Shown here: piece after piece, positions 11,747 through 24,269 of the stretch | Layout: the number at the start of each line of letters is the position of its first letter | Position numbering within the stretch: the first letter of the stretch is position 1 | Assembly (NCBI RefSeq): GCF_964355755.1 | Contig: NC_092678.1 | Location: 12,398,352 to 12,462,351, forward strand | Length of the DNA: 64,000 bases | Origin: Antedon mediterranea | Taxonomy: Eukaryota; Animalia; Echinodermata | Direction of reading: 5' to 3' | Notes under the pieces: generated by a model | Databases searched by the model: none | What the model was told of the DNA's origin: nothing | Seen by the model: only the letters and a program-made list of their open reading frames with translations | Translations under genes and position numbers: made by a program

Positions 11747-13940
11747 GTTTAGTGGTATATTATTTGTAAAACATGAAAACAATTAATATTTCGTTACTAA
11801 ATGGATAAAGAATATATTTAAAAATTGTTCCTCTTCCATCCCTCAACCCTAATGTTACATATAAAACACAAATTAAGTTTGTTTAAATTTGACTTAAACA
11901 ATTGGTCTCATTTTGTGACAAGTTTCTCTTTCGGAAGTAATTCCCAGGGTCCTAATTTTAGTTGAGTACATAAATCACAGTGTCTATTTATCCGTTCCTG
12001 TAAACGACATTATTGTCCTGCGGTTCGTACATTTGAAATCGCCAGTTTTTTAACGCTGAAATTATGATGTATTCGAGAACCATCTGTGGGCACGACCTAG
12101 ATGGTACGCGAGCGAAGCGAGCGTACCATCTAGTCTGTTGAAATTATGCGCAATAAATGTAAATCCCTTGTAGGCCTAATAATATTATGGTATCGACCAC
12201 CAAATTCAACTACTTATCTTTTTGACCACCTACAAAATGTTTAACATAAAATTGAATTAGAAAAGAAAGAGTTCATGTTGATGGGGGATCAAAATTACGA
12301 CCTCCTATCTTTCGAACCACATTGTTACACGAAAAGATTAAATGAAATTACTATGAACTTTCAACTCGAGCCCGTCGTCATACATGAACTTACTCGAATA
12401 ACTAAAGATAGTTAAACGTTTATTGATGTAATGTTTACCAACGTTTCAAAGGTTTCCCAATCTGGCGTTATACATGCTGGTCTTAGTGACCACTCTATGA
12501 TATATGCTATATGACACGGTAAATAAACAGAAACACAAGTACAAATGTGTTCGAAATTTTAAAAGATTTAATGAAAATGACTTTATCTCTGATCTCCAAA
12601 GTATAAATTGGAATGAAATTATAAATAGTGGAAATGTGGATGAAAATGATCAACTATTTGAAAATCACCTTATAAATGTGATTGATAAACAGGGTCCGAT
12701 GAAAAAACATATAATAAGAAAGAAAAAGGCTCCTTGGCTTGGTAAAAATATTATAAAAAGATGCGAGAACGAGATTAATTAAAAAAAATATGTAATATTT
12801 CTAAAGATCAAACACTTTGGAAAAAATACCGTAAATGTCGAAATGCATGCAACAAATACATTTTAAAAAGTAAGTCAGATTTTATTAAAGACAAAATAAA
12901 CGAAAATAAAAAACATTGAATGTAATAAGACATATCATGCCATCAAATAAGAAAAGTCAACATATTCAAAGTATTTTTAGGCCGAATGATAATAAAAAAT
13001 CAACGGATGATAAAGAAATCGGAAATGTCATGAACAATTTTTTTTCAAACGTAGGTCCCAGCAGGTATAATATAAACCCAAAAATTGATTATGATGGAGG
13101 AGAACCCTTCACAAAAAATGTATTCAATTTTGAACCCATGTCATGTGAATGGGTCTTTAGCTATCTGAGCAATCTTCTAACAAATAAAGCTACTGGGTTT
13201 GACAACTGACCCCATATATTTATAAAATAGCTGCTCAAACGATTTCCCAAATTATTACGCATATTATAAATCATTCGTTTACTACATGCTGTTTCCCTAC
13301 AAATGTGAAAACTGGAAAAGTAAAACGCATATTTAAGAAAGGTGATAACTCGAACCCAAGTAACTATCGTCGTTTCCATATTACCAGTAATTTCAAACAT
13401 TATAGTCTTTGATCAACTATATACATAAATATTAATAACCTAATATATGTAAATCAATCTGGTTTTCGTCCATCGTACTCTACATCTAGCTACAGCACTT
13501 GCCAACATTACTGAAAATTGGTACAGTAAAATCGAAGTCTTGAATATACTCGTGCGAAGGCTATAAAGGGTTTAGTTATGCGTAAACGATGTAGACACAT
13601 TTTTCAAAATAATATAATATTAAGAAATATTTCAAATAACTTATTAAATTAAAAATAACTTATATTATTTCACATCTAACTTATTGTAGTGTAATCTGGG
13701 GTAATTGTGGCTCGAGCTTTCTAAAAAGAGTACAAACTTTACAAAATAGAACAGCCCGAATCATATTTGGCCTATCTTGGGACACACCAGGTAAAGATGC
13801 ACTTCAGCGAGTAAAATATCCTCTCAACTAAAGATGAGTATCAATGTTGCATGTTAATTTATAAAGTTATGACATATATCTATCAAATCTGGTTAAACAA
13901 AATAATTTAAAATATAACTTTAGAAATAATGATACAAAAC

Positions 13941-14180
13941 ATCCCTATTTGGGGCAAATCTTTGAGCCTCAATTCGTTTTATATCACTAATTATCTAACT
14001 AAACTTAATTAGTAAACAGGGTTACGTTAGGTGGTAAAAATCAGTACCGAACGTATGAACCAACTTTATATACCATCGAGTAAACATTCTAGAAGTAACG
14101 CGCAATTAACCCAATTTTGTCCTTACGTAAATTTATATAGACTAGAGTTTGTGTTTTGTATGTAACATTAAGGTTGATGG
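13941..14180 (-). mobile_element. Helitron H1 fragment with a CTAG|TC junction
   Basis: Minus strand reads ..ACACAAACTCTAG|TCTATATAAATTTACGTAAG. Confidence 0.65.
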
Positions 14181-15029
14181 TATTGAAATATGAGTTTTCA
14201 TATTTTATAAATAATATACTACTAATAAAACTTTTTCAATTTAATACTTTGTCACTGTTTTGGGTTTGTTTCTTTTTTTTCATTCACAAAAAAACATAAA
14301 CATACATAATAAATCATTACAAAACAAAAGAATGGAAATGGGGAATCCTGAAGCACAGCTTATAAGTAGAAAACCCCTGTTACAAAACAGTATATATAAT
14401 ATATAAATAGAAATATGAAGAAAAGGCACACGGGCATTCAGATATTAACATATTCATTTCACATTCATATTTTAACGTATTCATATCTTAACATTCATTT
14501 CACATTCATATTTCATTCATTGTCTCTTTGTCAAGTGGTTGTTTTATGCTTTACATTTTTTTTGTAACTATTTATGGGCCTATAAAAATGTGATTTATAA
14601 GATTCAATTTTTTAAATTTGTAAATATAATAGAATTTGTAATTATTAATATCATCCTTTGAATTTGAACTTTGTGCAATTTTTATAGTTTTTTAAGTTTA
14701 ATTAATTTTACATATATTTTATTGGTGTATAAAAATAATGTGATTATTAATATTAGTCTCTATTTTTTTAAATTGTAAATATTTAAGAATTTGTAATTAT
14801 TAATCTTATCTTTTGATCTTTGTGCATTTTTTATAGTAATTTTAAGTTTAATGAATTATACAGTAATTATTACTGTTTCATAGGCCTTAATGTGTTTTTT
14901 CTTCGTTTAACTTTGTTTTATGTGAATTATCATTTTCATATGTAAGCTCTTCATTTCAACTATGAGTTGTTTTAAGTCTTTTTATACCGATTAAATAAAT
15001 AAAAAATAAATAAATAAAAACTATTTTAA

Positions 15030-15495
15030 CGTATCATTTCACATTCATATATTAACATATTTGTTTCACATTCATAACTTAAAGTATTCATATCTTAACA
15101 TATTCATATTTAAGGTATTCATATCCCACAATATTCATATCTTAACATATTCATACCTCAAGGTATTCATATCTTAACATATTCATATCTTAACTTATTC
15201 ATATCTAAGGTATTCATATCCCACAATATTCATATCTTAACATATTCATACCTCAAGGTATTCATATCTTAACATATTCATATCTGAACGTATTCATATC
15301 TTAACGTATTCATACCTCAAGGTATTCATATCTTAACGTATTCATACCTCAAGGTATTCATATCTTAACGTATTCATATCTTAACATATTCATATCCATA
15401 TTCATATCTTAACGTATTCATATCTTAACGTATTCATATCTTAACGTATTCATATCTTAACATATTCATACCTCAAGGTATTCATATCTTAACAA
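15030..15495. repeat. ~16-17-bp minisatellite (GTATTCATATCTTAAC and variants)
   Basis: More than 20 tandem degenerate units; related units at 14440-14520. Confidence 0.9.
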
Positions 15496-15499
15496 GCCT

Positions 15500-17630
15500 G
15501 AGTGCCTGTCTCCAAGGTTTACACAATTTAAATTATTTTTAAAGGTTTTACCCCAGACTTCCAAACAATATGTAAACTAAGGCAAAACAAATGAATGATA
15601 TAATTTAAATAAAGCTGATGTATTAAGTAAATGATTGACTTTATAAAGAATTCCAATATTTTTAGAAATGTTGGAATGAATATAATTCAATATGATACTT
15701 CCGATTTAATTTTCTATCAATTATAACTCCTAAAAAACTTTATTTTATATACCTGTTCAATTACAACACCACTAATAACTAAATTTGTTGGTTCATAATT
15801 ATTTTTGCGACTAAACATAATATACTTTGTTTTACTATGGTTCAACGTCAATTTATTTACCTTAAACCAAGTATCAATTGTTTGAGCTCATCATTAATAA
15901 TATTACAGATACATTTGCAGGTTCTTACCAGAAAAAAAGTATATTTGTAACATCAGCATAAAGCGTGTATTTCATTAGAGAAGAAGCATTACAAATGTCA
16001 TTAATATATAAAAGGAATAAAGTCTGCCCCAAAATTGATCATGAGGGATGCCACTTAAAATATCTGTTACTTCTGAGGTGGTATCACCATGTATTGTTAC
16101 AAATTTTTTTCTGTTAGAAAGATAATTTTGGATCAATATTGGCAATTCCACGAATACCGTAGGCTTCAAGTTTTGTTTATAGGGATATTGTGGTCGATGG
16201 TATCAAACGCCAATCAGTCGCCAGTCAATAAAAATTCCGATTGTATAGTTAGACCTGTCCACCTCTTTAAGTATATTTTGGAAAAGTGAAGCAATGCATG
16301 GCTAGTGGACATATTTTTCCTAAAACCAAGTTTTTCTAATATTTTTGTAAATTGGAGCAACAAGGAGATCGGCCGATAATTTGAGAAACTACTTTTATCC
16401 CTGGCTTTGTAGATAGGAACGATTTTTGCAATCTTAAGTGTATCTGGGAAAATACCAGTCTCAAGCGAACGATTAAAAATATGTGTCAATGGCTCACTGA
16501 TTTTATATATAATGTGTTTAACTACTGACATAGGTACATCATCATGTCCGCTGGAAATTTTAGACTTAAATAAGTTCATTTCTGTTATTAACTCTTCTTT
16601 GGAAATGACCTCTAAAATAAAAAAAATTTGGAATACCTTTTTTAATATAATCATTGGGACTATCACAACTTGGACATTGAATTGTTATTTTTATGGCTAG
16701 GTTAGGTCCAACGTTACCAAAAAAAATATTGAAACCATTTACAATATTAACAGGATTATCAATAAAATCTTTTTGCAGATTTCCATAATTTCTTTTTTTA
16801 ATCAGACAATTGATGATACTACAAGTACCTCTAATATCATTTTGCTTTAACAATAATAAATTATTATAATATAGTTTCTCAGCATTTCTCAGAATATTTG
16901 TTATCTTATTTTTGTATCGCTTATACTTATTTAAAGACAGTTGTGTTCGATCTTTTAAAAAAAATTTATATAGATTATTCTTCTTTTTACATGCATTAAT
17001 TAGGCCAGATGTGAACCAGGGTTTTGAATTACTCTTCTGTGTCAATCTAATCTTTTGGGGAGGGAAATATTTATTGAATACGGTAGGTGTATAAAATTAC
17101 CATAGTTTAGATCTTCTTCAATAAATACACTGTTCCAATCAGTGCAACGCAAGTTATTTTTTAAAGCATTCACTTTAACCTCAGTAAAATATCTTTTAGT
17201 AATCTATTCATGAGTAGTACTTGGCGTAACATTATGAACTAGTAAGCCAACTTGGCCGCCATGCAATCAAAATGTTAGTTATACCAATATGTTTGGTGAC
17301 CCCACTACCATATAATTTGCACCTAAAAACAGAACTCTAGGTGCCTCTTTAGCAGAGATAAGCCTGACAAGTAAACATTTGGGGTCCGCCATTTTGAAAT
17401 CTGGCGGCTTTCCCCTGACCAAATTTGTGCAACCCTTCCATTTCATATTTTTGACACCCTAATGAATAACTGTGCAAAGTTTCTGAATGTTATCACAATT
17501 TGAAAGATTGGTTCACTTAACAGACCTACTATAAATCTATATTCCAGTCACCACATAAATAACCGCTTATCATTCATTGACTTGACCAGATCTGAAAATA
17601 TGTCGGTGAATATTTTTATGTCTATACCAG
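15500..17630 (-). pseudogene. Decayed L2/CR1-group LINE ORF2 (EN end + RT)
   Basis: KPWFTSGL, NYRPISLL, GIPH-Q.. and LCGDWNIDL fragments across ORFs 15975-17045, with frameshifts and deletions. Confidence 0.85.
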
Positions 17631-17690
17631 TGTCACGAACTCCTTTTACGTATGTTTCCGAGCGGTTGAAAATACTTTAGGAACTCCATT

Positions 17691-20600
17691 CACTGTAAAA
17701 ATATATACTTAGTTTTCCCCTAAAAATGGGTGCTACCAGGCTGCCACTAATTAGTGGAGTAAACTCTGATTTCCCCCTTTGGGAAATGTTACCCATACGG
17801 AAATTTAGGCTAAGAAATGTAAAAGTCATCAGGCCTAGACCAAGCCTATTAGGCGAGGCTGATTACACTTCATAGTACCCTCGTGCACTGGGCGCATACA
17901 TACAGAGCAGTGAACTAAACTTAACTAGGCCCAAGGCCTAGGGCCTACTTTTTAAGCTTACCTTATTTTTCATCTTTTAGTCCGTGACTGATAACACCTA
18001 CAGCTGTATATTAAACAGTAGGCTTTTCTGATACAAAATAGGTCTTATATGCAAAATAAAACTAATTATTAACTAGATTTAATTCGTCACTATGACGAAT
18101 TATAGGTTATATGCATTGATTTAAATAAAGATAATTGATTTTTAAAAGATATATTGATTGATTGATTTTTTCAGAATCTTTAATTATTTATAATATATGA
18201 TAGGACCTTGCTAACCGGTATCACAATCCAATCAAAGATCCATATGCGTATAATGTCATAAACCACATTTGTTGTTACATAATAATAAAGACATAAGTTG
18301 ATTTTTATCTAGATTTCATTATAAATCATGTGTATAATCTATACACTAAGAAATAAATTTGAACAAACAATACGGATAATAAAAAAAAATCTTATTTCGT
18401 TTCCCAAGGTGAGACTCGATCTCGGTACCTTGAATGCCATAGACACGAGCACAGACCATCGAGCCATACACAACTGACTAAAAGTTGTAGAAAAATTCCT
18501 CCGTGTATTTACTATGCAGTAACCACTTTGGTGCAAATAGATTATTACATACCGAAATGAATTATAATTTTTTACTATGATGACATCTTTAAAATGTAAA
18601 CAAATGATGCACTGTCAAACTATATACTTTTAACTTTAATATATGAACTTTTGAAGGAAGAAAGTTAATGTTAAGTTTGTTATTTTGGCCTAAGAAAATG
18701 TCATAATTTGTTTGATTGTCGAAATTATTTTTTTTAAATTTAATATGCAATAATGATGACTTAATCAACTTTTGTTCTCTTAATTTGATAATAAATCATA
18801 CATATGATACATACACTTCAAGAAAATGAAATAAAAAATAGGTGTTCCCCTGCATTCTGACGATATATATTAATTTTAAAATTTAGCATATTTTCACCAT
18901 TTTGTTAACTTATACGTGCGTAGCCAGTCACTTTTGACGTGCTCGTATAACGCAATTTCGAGTTGAAACCTGAATCAAATATGATGATATTATTAAAGAA
19001 AGATTGTAAAACAGAAATCTGGCAAAAAGAGTGCGCATTAACGTTTAACGCGCAGTGCGCGTGCAAAAATCTGCGCACTCATGGCAATTTTTTAAACGCT
19101 TAAAATTGCCTGAAACGTACTCTAATTTCATCGAAAATAAATTTTGACAATTTTAAACATTTTAAGCCCGCGTACGCAAGCGTTATATGCGCTACGCACG
19201 TAATTGTATTGCCATATAATGAAATATGACCTGAAATTTATGAGTACCAAATTTTGTTTAATTGTGATTCATGCTTGTGAAGATATGATTACAAACGTGA
19301 TTTCGTAAAATCGCGCGTAGACCGCGTAATGTTTGATTGCGCACCGTGAAAACATAACCACATCGATTCCTGGCCATAAGGAATACACTCTGAAAAATTG
19401 ACTTAGTTACATGAAACTGATATCAAGATAATTGACGGACAAATAGTGCTAAGGAAAGAATAAATAAATAAACTAGATTTAATTCGTCACTATGACGAAT
19501 TATAGGTTATATGCATTGATTTAAATAAAGATAATTGATTTTTAAAAGATATATTGATTGATTGATTTTTTCAGAATCTTTAATTATTTATAATATATGA
19601 TAGGACCTTGCTAACGCGACCACCGTAGCCGGTATCACAATCCGATCAAAGATCCATATGCGTATAATGTCATAAACCACATTTGTTGTTACATAATAAT
19701 AAAGACATAAGTTAATTTTTATCTAGATTTCATTATAAATCATGTGTATAATCTATACACTAAGAAATAAATTTGAACAAACAATACGGATAAAAAAAAA
19801 AATCTTATTTCGTTTCCCAAGGTGAGACTCGATCTCGGTACCTTGAATGCCATAGACACGAGCACAGACCATCGAGCCATACACAACTGACTAAAAGTTG
19901 TAGAAAAATTCCTCTGTGTATTTACTATGCAGTAACCAGTTTGGTGCAAATAGATTATTACATACCGCAATGAATTATAATTTTTTACTATGATGACATC
20001 TTTAAAATGTAAACAAATGATGCACTATCACACTATATACTTTTAACTTTAATATATGAACTTTGGAAGGAAGAAAGTTAATGTTAAGTTTGTTATTTTG
20101 GCCTAAGAAAATGTCATAATTTGTTTGATTGTCGAAATTATTTTTTTTTAATTTAATATGCAATTAATGATGACTTAATCAACTTTTGTTCTCTTTATTG
20201 GATAATAAATCATACATATGATACATACACTTCAAGAAAATGAAATAAAAAATAGGTGTTCCCCTGCATTCTGACGATATATATTAATTTTAAAATTTAG
20301 CATATTTTCACCATTTTGTTAACTTATACGTGCGTAGCCAGTCACTTTTGACGTGCTCGTATAACGCAATTTCGAGTTGAAACCTTAATCAAATATGATG
20401 ATATTATTAAAGAAAGATTGTAAAACAGAAATCCGGCAAAAAGAGTGCGCATTAACGTTTAACGCGCAGTGCACGTGCAAAAATCTGCGCACTCATGGCA
20501 ATTTTTTAAACGCTTAAAATTGCCTGAAACGTACTCTAATTTCATCGAAAATAAATTTTGACAATTTTGAACATTTTAAGCGCGCGTACGCAAGCGTTAT

Positions 20601-22788
20601 ATGCGCTACGCACGTAATTTTATTTCCATATGATGAAATATGACCTGAAATTTATGAGTACCAAATTGTGTTTAATTGTGATTCATGCTTGTGAAGATAT
20701 GATTACAAACGTGATTTCGTAAAATCGCGCCTAGACCGCGTAATTTTTGATTACGCATCGTGAAAATATAACCACATCGATTCCTGGCCATAAGGAATAT
20801 ACTCTGAAAAATTGACTTAGATAGATGAAACTGATATCAAGATAATTCATGGACAAAATAGTGCTAAGGAAAGAATAAATAAACTAGATTTAATTCGTCA
20901 CTATGACGAATTATAGGTTATATGCATTGATAATTAAAATAAAGATAATTGATTTTTAAAAGATATTTTGATTCATTGATTTTCTCAGATTCTTTAATTA
21001 TTTATAATATATGATAGGACCTTGCTAACGCGAATACAATAGCCGGTATTACAATCCGATCAAAGATCCCTCTGCGTATAATGTCATAAACCACATTTGC
21101 TGTTACATAATAATGAAGACATAAGTTATTTTTTATCTAGATTTCATTATAAATCATGTGTATAATATATACACTAAGAAATAAATTTGAACAAACAATA
21201 CGGTTAATAAAAAAAAAATCTTATTTCGTTTCCCAAGGTGAGACTCGATCTCGGTACCTGGAGTGCCATAGACACGACCACACACCACCGAGCCATACAC
21301 AACTGACTAAAAATTGTAGAAAAACTTCCTCCGTGTATTTACTATGCAGTAACCACTTTGGTGCAGATAGATTATTACATACCGCAATGAATTATAATTT
21401 TTTACTATGATGACATCTCTAAAAATGTACAAAAATGATGCACTGTCAAACTATATACTTTTAACTTTAATATATGAACTTTTGAAGGATGAAAGTTAAT
21501 GTTAAGTTTGTTATTTTGGCCTAAGAAAATGTCATAATTTGTTTGATTGTCGAAATTATTTTTTTAAATTTAATATGCAATTAATCATGGCTTAATCAAC
21601 TTTTGTTCCCTTAGTTTAATAATAAATCATACATAAGATACATACACTTCAAGAAAATGAAATAAAAAATATGTGTTCCCGAGCATTCTGACGATCTATA
21701 TTAATTTTAAAATTTAGCATATTTTCACCATTTTGTTAACTTACACGTGCGTAGCCTGTCACTTTTGACGTGCTCGTATAAGGCAATTACGCGTTGAAAA
21801 GTGAATAAAATATGATGATATTAAAGAAAGGTTGTACAACCGAAATCGGACAAAAAGAGTGCGCATTAACGTATAACGCGCAGTGCGCGTGCAAAAGTCT
21901 GCGCACTCATGGCAATTTTTTAAACGCTTAAAATTGCCTGAAACGTACTCTAATTTCATCGAAAATAAATTTTGACAATTTTGAACATTTCAAGCGCGCG
22001 TACGCAAGCGTTATATGCGCTACGCACGTAACTGTATTGCCATATGATGAAATATGACCTGAAATTTATGAGTACCAAATTTTGTTTAATTGTGATTCAT
22101 GCTTGTGAAGATATGATTACAAACGTGATTTCGTAAAATCGCGCGTAGACCGCGTAATTTTTGAATACGCATCGTGAAAATATAACCACATCGATTCCTG
22201 GCCATAAGGAATATACTCTGAAAAATTGACTTAGATAGATGAAACTGATATCAAGATAATTCACGGACAAAATAGTGCTAAGGAAAGAATAAATAAATAA
22301 ATAAATAAATAAATAAAGATTTTGACAGAATCAAGAGGTTATATGCATGATAATGCATATAACCTAATAAATAAATAAAGATTTTGACAGAATCAAGAGG
22401 TTATATGCATGATAATGCATATAACCTAATAAATAAAGAAATAAATAAAGATTTTGACAGAATCAAGAGGTTATATGCATGATAATGCATATAACCTAAA
22501 AATATGAACTTGTTCCACGCGACAGTCGTCATATCGCATGCTTTCCTCCGCACTTACTTGTGAATCCGGGTAATCCCCTTTCATAGTGTAACCGTGGGAC
22601 TTTACCCATGCTGAATGTGTAACTTTATTAGATTACCTCAAAAGAAAGGAATATTATAGTTTCCCACTGTTGGGTACTCATAATCCTAAAAACTTACACC
22701 CAAATTGAAGGAAAAGGAGACCCTACTCCAAGGAGGAAACACATTTACACGAAAATATGGTGTAAAATCCGAATTATTTTTTACAGTG
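17691..22788. mobile_element. Non-autonomous CACTA/EnSpm (CMC) element
   Basis: TIR CACTGTAAAAA / TTTTTACAGTG with a 2-bp TSD (TT). Contains the nested HINE trio. Confidence 0.75.
18073..22497 (-). mobile_element. Three self-nested Helentron-associated non-autonomous elements (HINE/DINE-1-like, ~1.45 kb each)
   Basis: Three bodies start at 18073, 19473 and 20884 and are followed by three tails ending at 22365, 22427 and 22497. Minus-strand layout: TT, subTIR AGGTTATATGCAT, its inverted copy, (TTTA)n, body, ATGCATATAACCT, hairpin AATTCGTCA-TAG-TGACGAATT, CTAG-TT. Confidence 0.85.
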
Positions 22789-23496
22789 TTGTGACATAAA
22801 AGTATATCACACAAAATCCACAAAGTTGTAAAATAACTTAAAAAAAAGCTTTAATTTCAACGAACTTCCACTTTCAACAATCCAGTAAGCACTTTAAACA
22901 ACAGCTTCACAATAACTTTTACAATCTAATATCCAACCTCTAATATACACCAACCTAACAATAGTTTTACATCCCTTTATATACAAGATGTTGCTATCCT
23001 TCTAGATCATTCTTTATACTTTTTATTCTATTGGATTACAGTTTCTATTAATAGCATACTGGAATGTTCCTGATTGTTCTTATAATAATTATACATGGTT
23101 TCTTAAATCTAAACATACTCTTATTCTAGAATGTCCATGTAAATACTATGATACTGTATATGTTAGGAATGGTAATTTATTACACTCCCACCTCTTTCTG
23201 AGCTCAAAACTCTTTCTTGGAGTTTTGAGGGGCTAGTATACACGGACGTGGCAAAATATAACATATTTCGTCCTAGAAAACCTGTTTAATAATGTGTATA
23301 TTATTAATTAAACTTAAATTACGTGAAAACCAAATTCTCATTACAAACAAAATTATAAGAAACTTATAAACATTAAACCTATATTTTCTATGTATAAAGT
23401 AACCCATGCTTTAAGTAAATGATTTCCGTGACAATCCGTCAGCATGACCATTTGAAATACACCTTATGTACAACAGTAGAGCAATAAGGTTGCAAA

Positions 23497-24263
23497 TCAA
23501 TGAATAATTTTACCGATCCGGTGGTATGTTCCAAATGTTAAGTCAAAAATGTTTTGTGGTATGGCGCCATGAGCTCAGGCATGCAAATGAATATTCATGA
23601 AATATGCACGCCCTCTAAAGTTTCTGCCTCAAGCTAACATGAACAAAATAATGCGGCACAATCGAACCAGTCAACAACTCAAGCACTGACGTACCGACAG
23701 ACACAACATATAACACACCCCTACGTTTATAATGGTATGACCCTTTAAAAAGCCCAAAACAGCAGTTGATTCAACACAATTAGATCTGGACTCAAGAAAT
23801 TAAGAAGAATTTAAACTTTACCAGCCAACTTTTCACCAATTCAAACAATCAAAAAATTCCAGCCAGACAAAGTATCATACTTGTCTATTTTGTATTAATA
23901 ATACATAATATATAAATATATATATATATATAAATCCAAAGAACAATTACTGAAAATAATAACAATGTTGTGGGTGTCCGTGGCTGGATCTCAGTGATCG
24001 TACTTGGACAAAGTAGATAGTATAATAAGCAGACAAGCACTGCCTGAGTGAACTGGAATAAACTAAAACAAAGTAGGTACGGGCTGGTGAATAGAGGGTG
24101 GAGAGAGTAGAAACAAAGAAGACAGGTTGGTAGATATAAACAATTTTGAAATACAACAGCTTTAAAAATGGTGGTTAATATTGAAACTGAAATGTAGGTA
24201 GTCAATGAATAATTTTACCGATCCGGTAGTATGTTCCTAATGTTAAGTCAAAAGTTTTGTGGT
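23497..24263 (-). mobile_element. Penelope-like pLTR region with a partial tandem repeat
   Basis: 23900-24260 is the reverse complement of the repeat at ~57080-57510, with the ribozyme segment deleted. (TA)n junction and a ~63-bp direct repeat (23497-23560 / 24202-24263). Confidence 0.6.
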
Positions 24264-24269
24264 TTTAGT

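Larger units (their letters stand above)
7372..12133 (+). mobile_element. Non-autonomous Helitron H1, copy 2, carrying a 3.3-kb internal insertion
   Basis: A^TC...CTAG^T insertion with no TSD. Removing it restores LINE A codons E-L-I|S-V-E. Confidence 0.9.
700..13940 (+). mobile_element. Old CR1/L2-group LINE (host element A), fragmented by at least four later insertions; boundaries approximate
   Basis: ORF1 remnants at 1031-1907. The APE endonuclease reading continues across the insertions: ..HILNESNVDV (to 2201), GLSETFLNNTFN (3698-3733), DQEFQVDDYVIYRRDR..GGVAIYV..EIELI (7221-7371), SVEIM..WYRPPNS..GD (12134 onward). RT-region remnants follow at 12504-13940 (KKAPWL, KATGFD, NQSGFRP), with many stops and frameshifts. 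Confidence 0.85.
17631..23184 (-). mobile_element. LTR (~455 bp net) of an LTR retrotransposon, split by a CACTA-type insertion
   Basis: Minus strand: PPT AGAAAGAGGTGGGAG then TGTAATAAA..., TATATAAAG, ATTAAA, ending GTTCGTGACA at 17631. Confidence 0.6.

Noticed and set aside
17240-17530. ~290-bp TAGTA..TACTA insert in the LINE as an Academ-like MITE
   Set aside because: The TIR is weak and there is no clear TSD or second copy; probably an insertion, but not classifiable.
23497-24263. 63-bp direct repeat as an unusually long TSD
   Set aside because: The same sequence precedes the other pLTR copies (e.g. ~57070-57120), so it belongs to the element.
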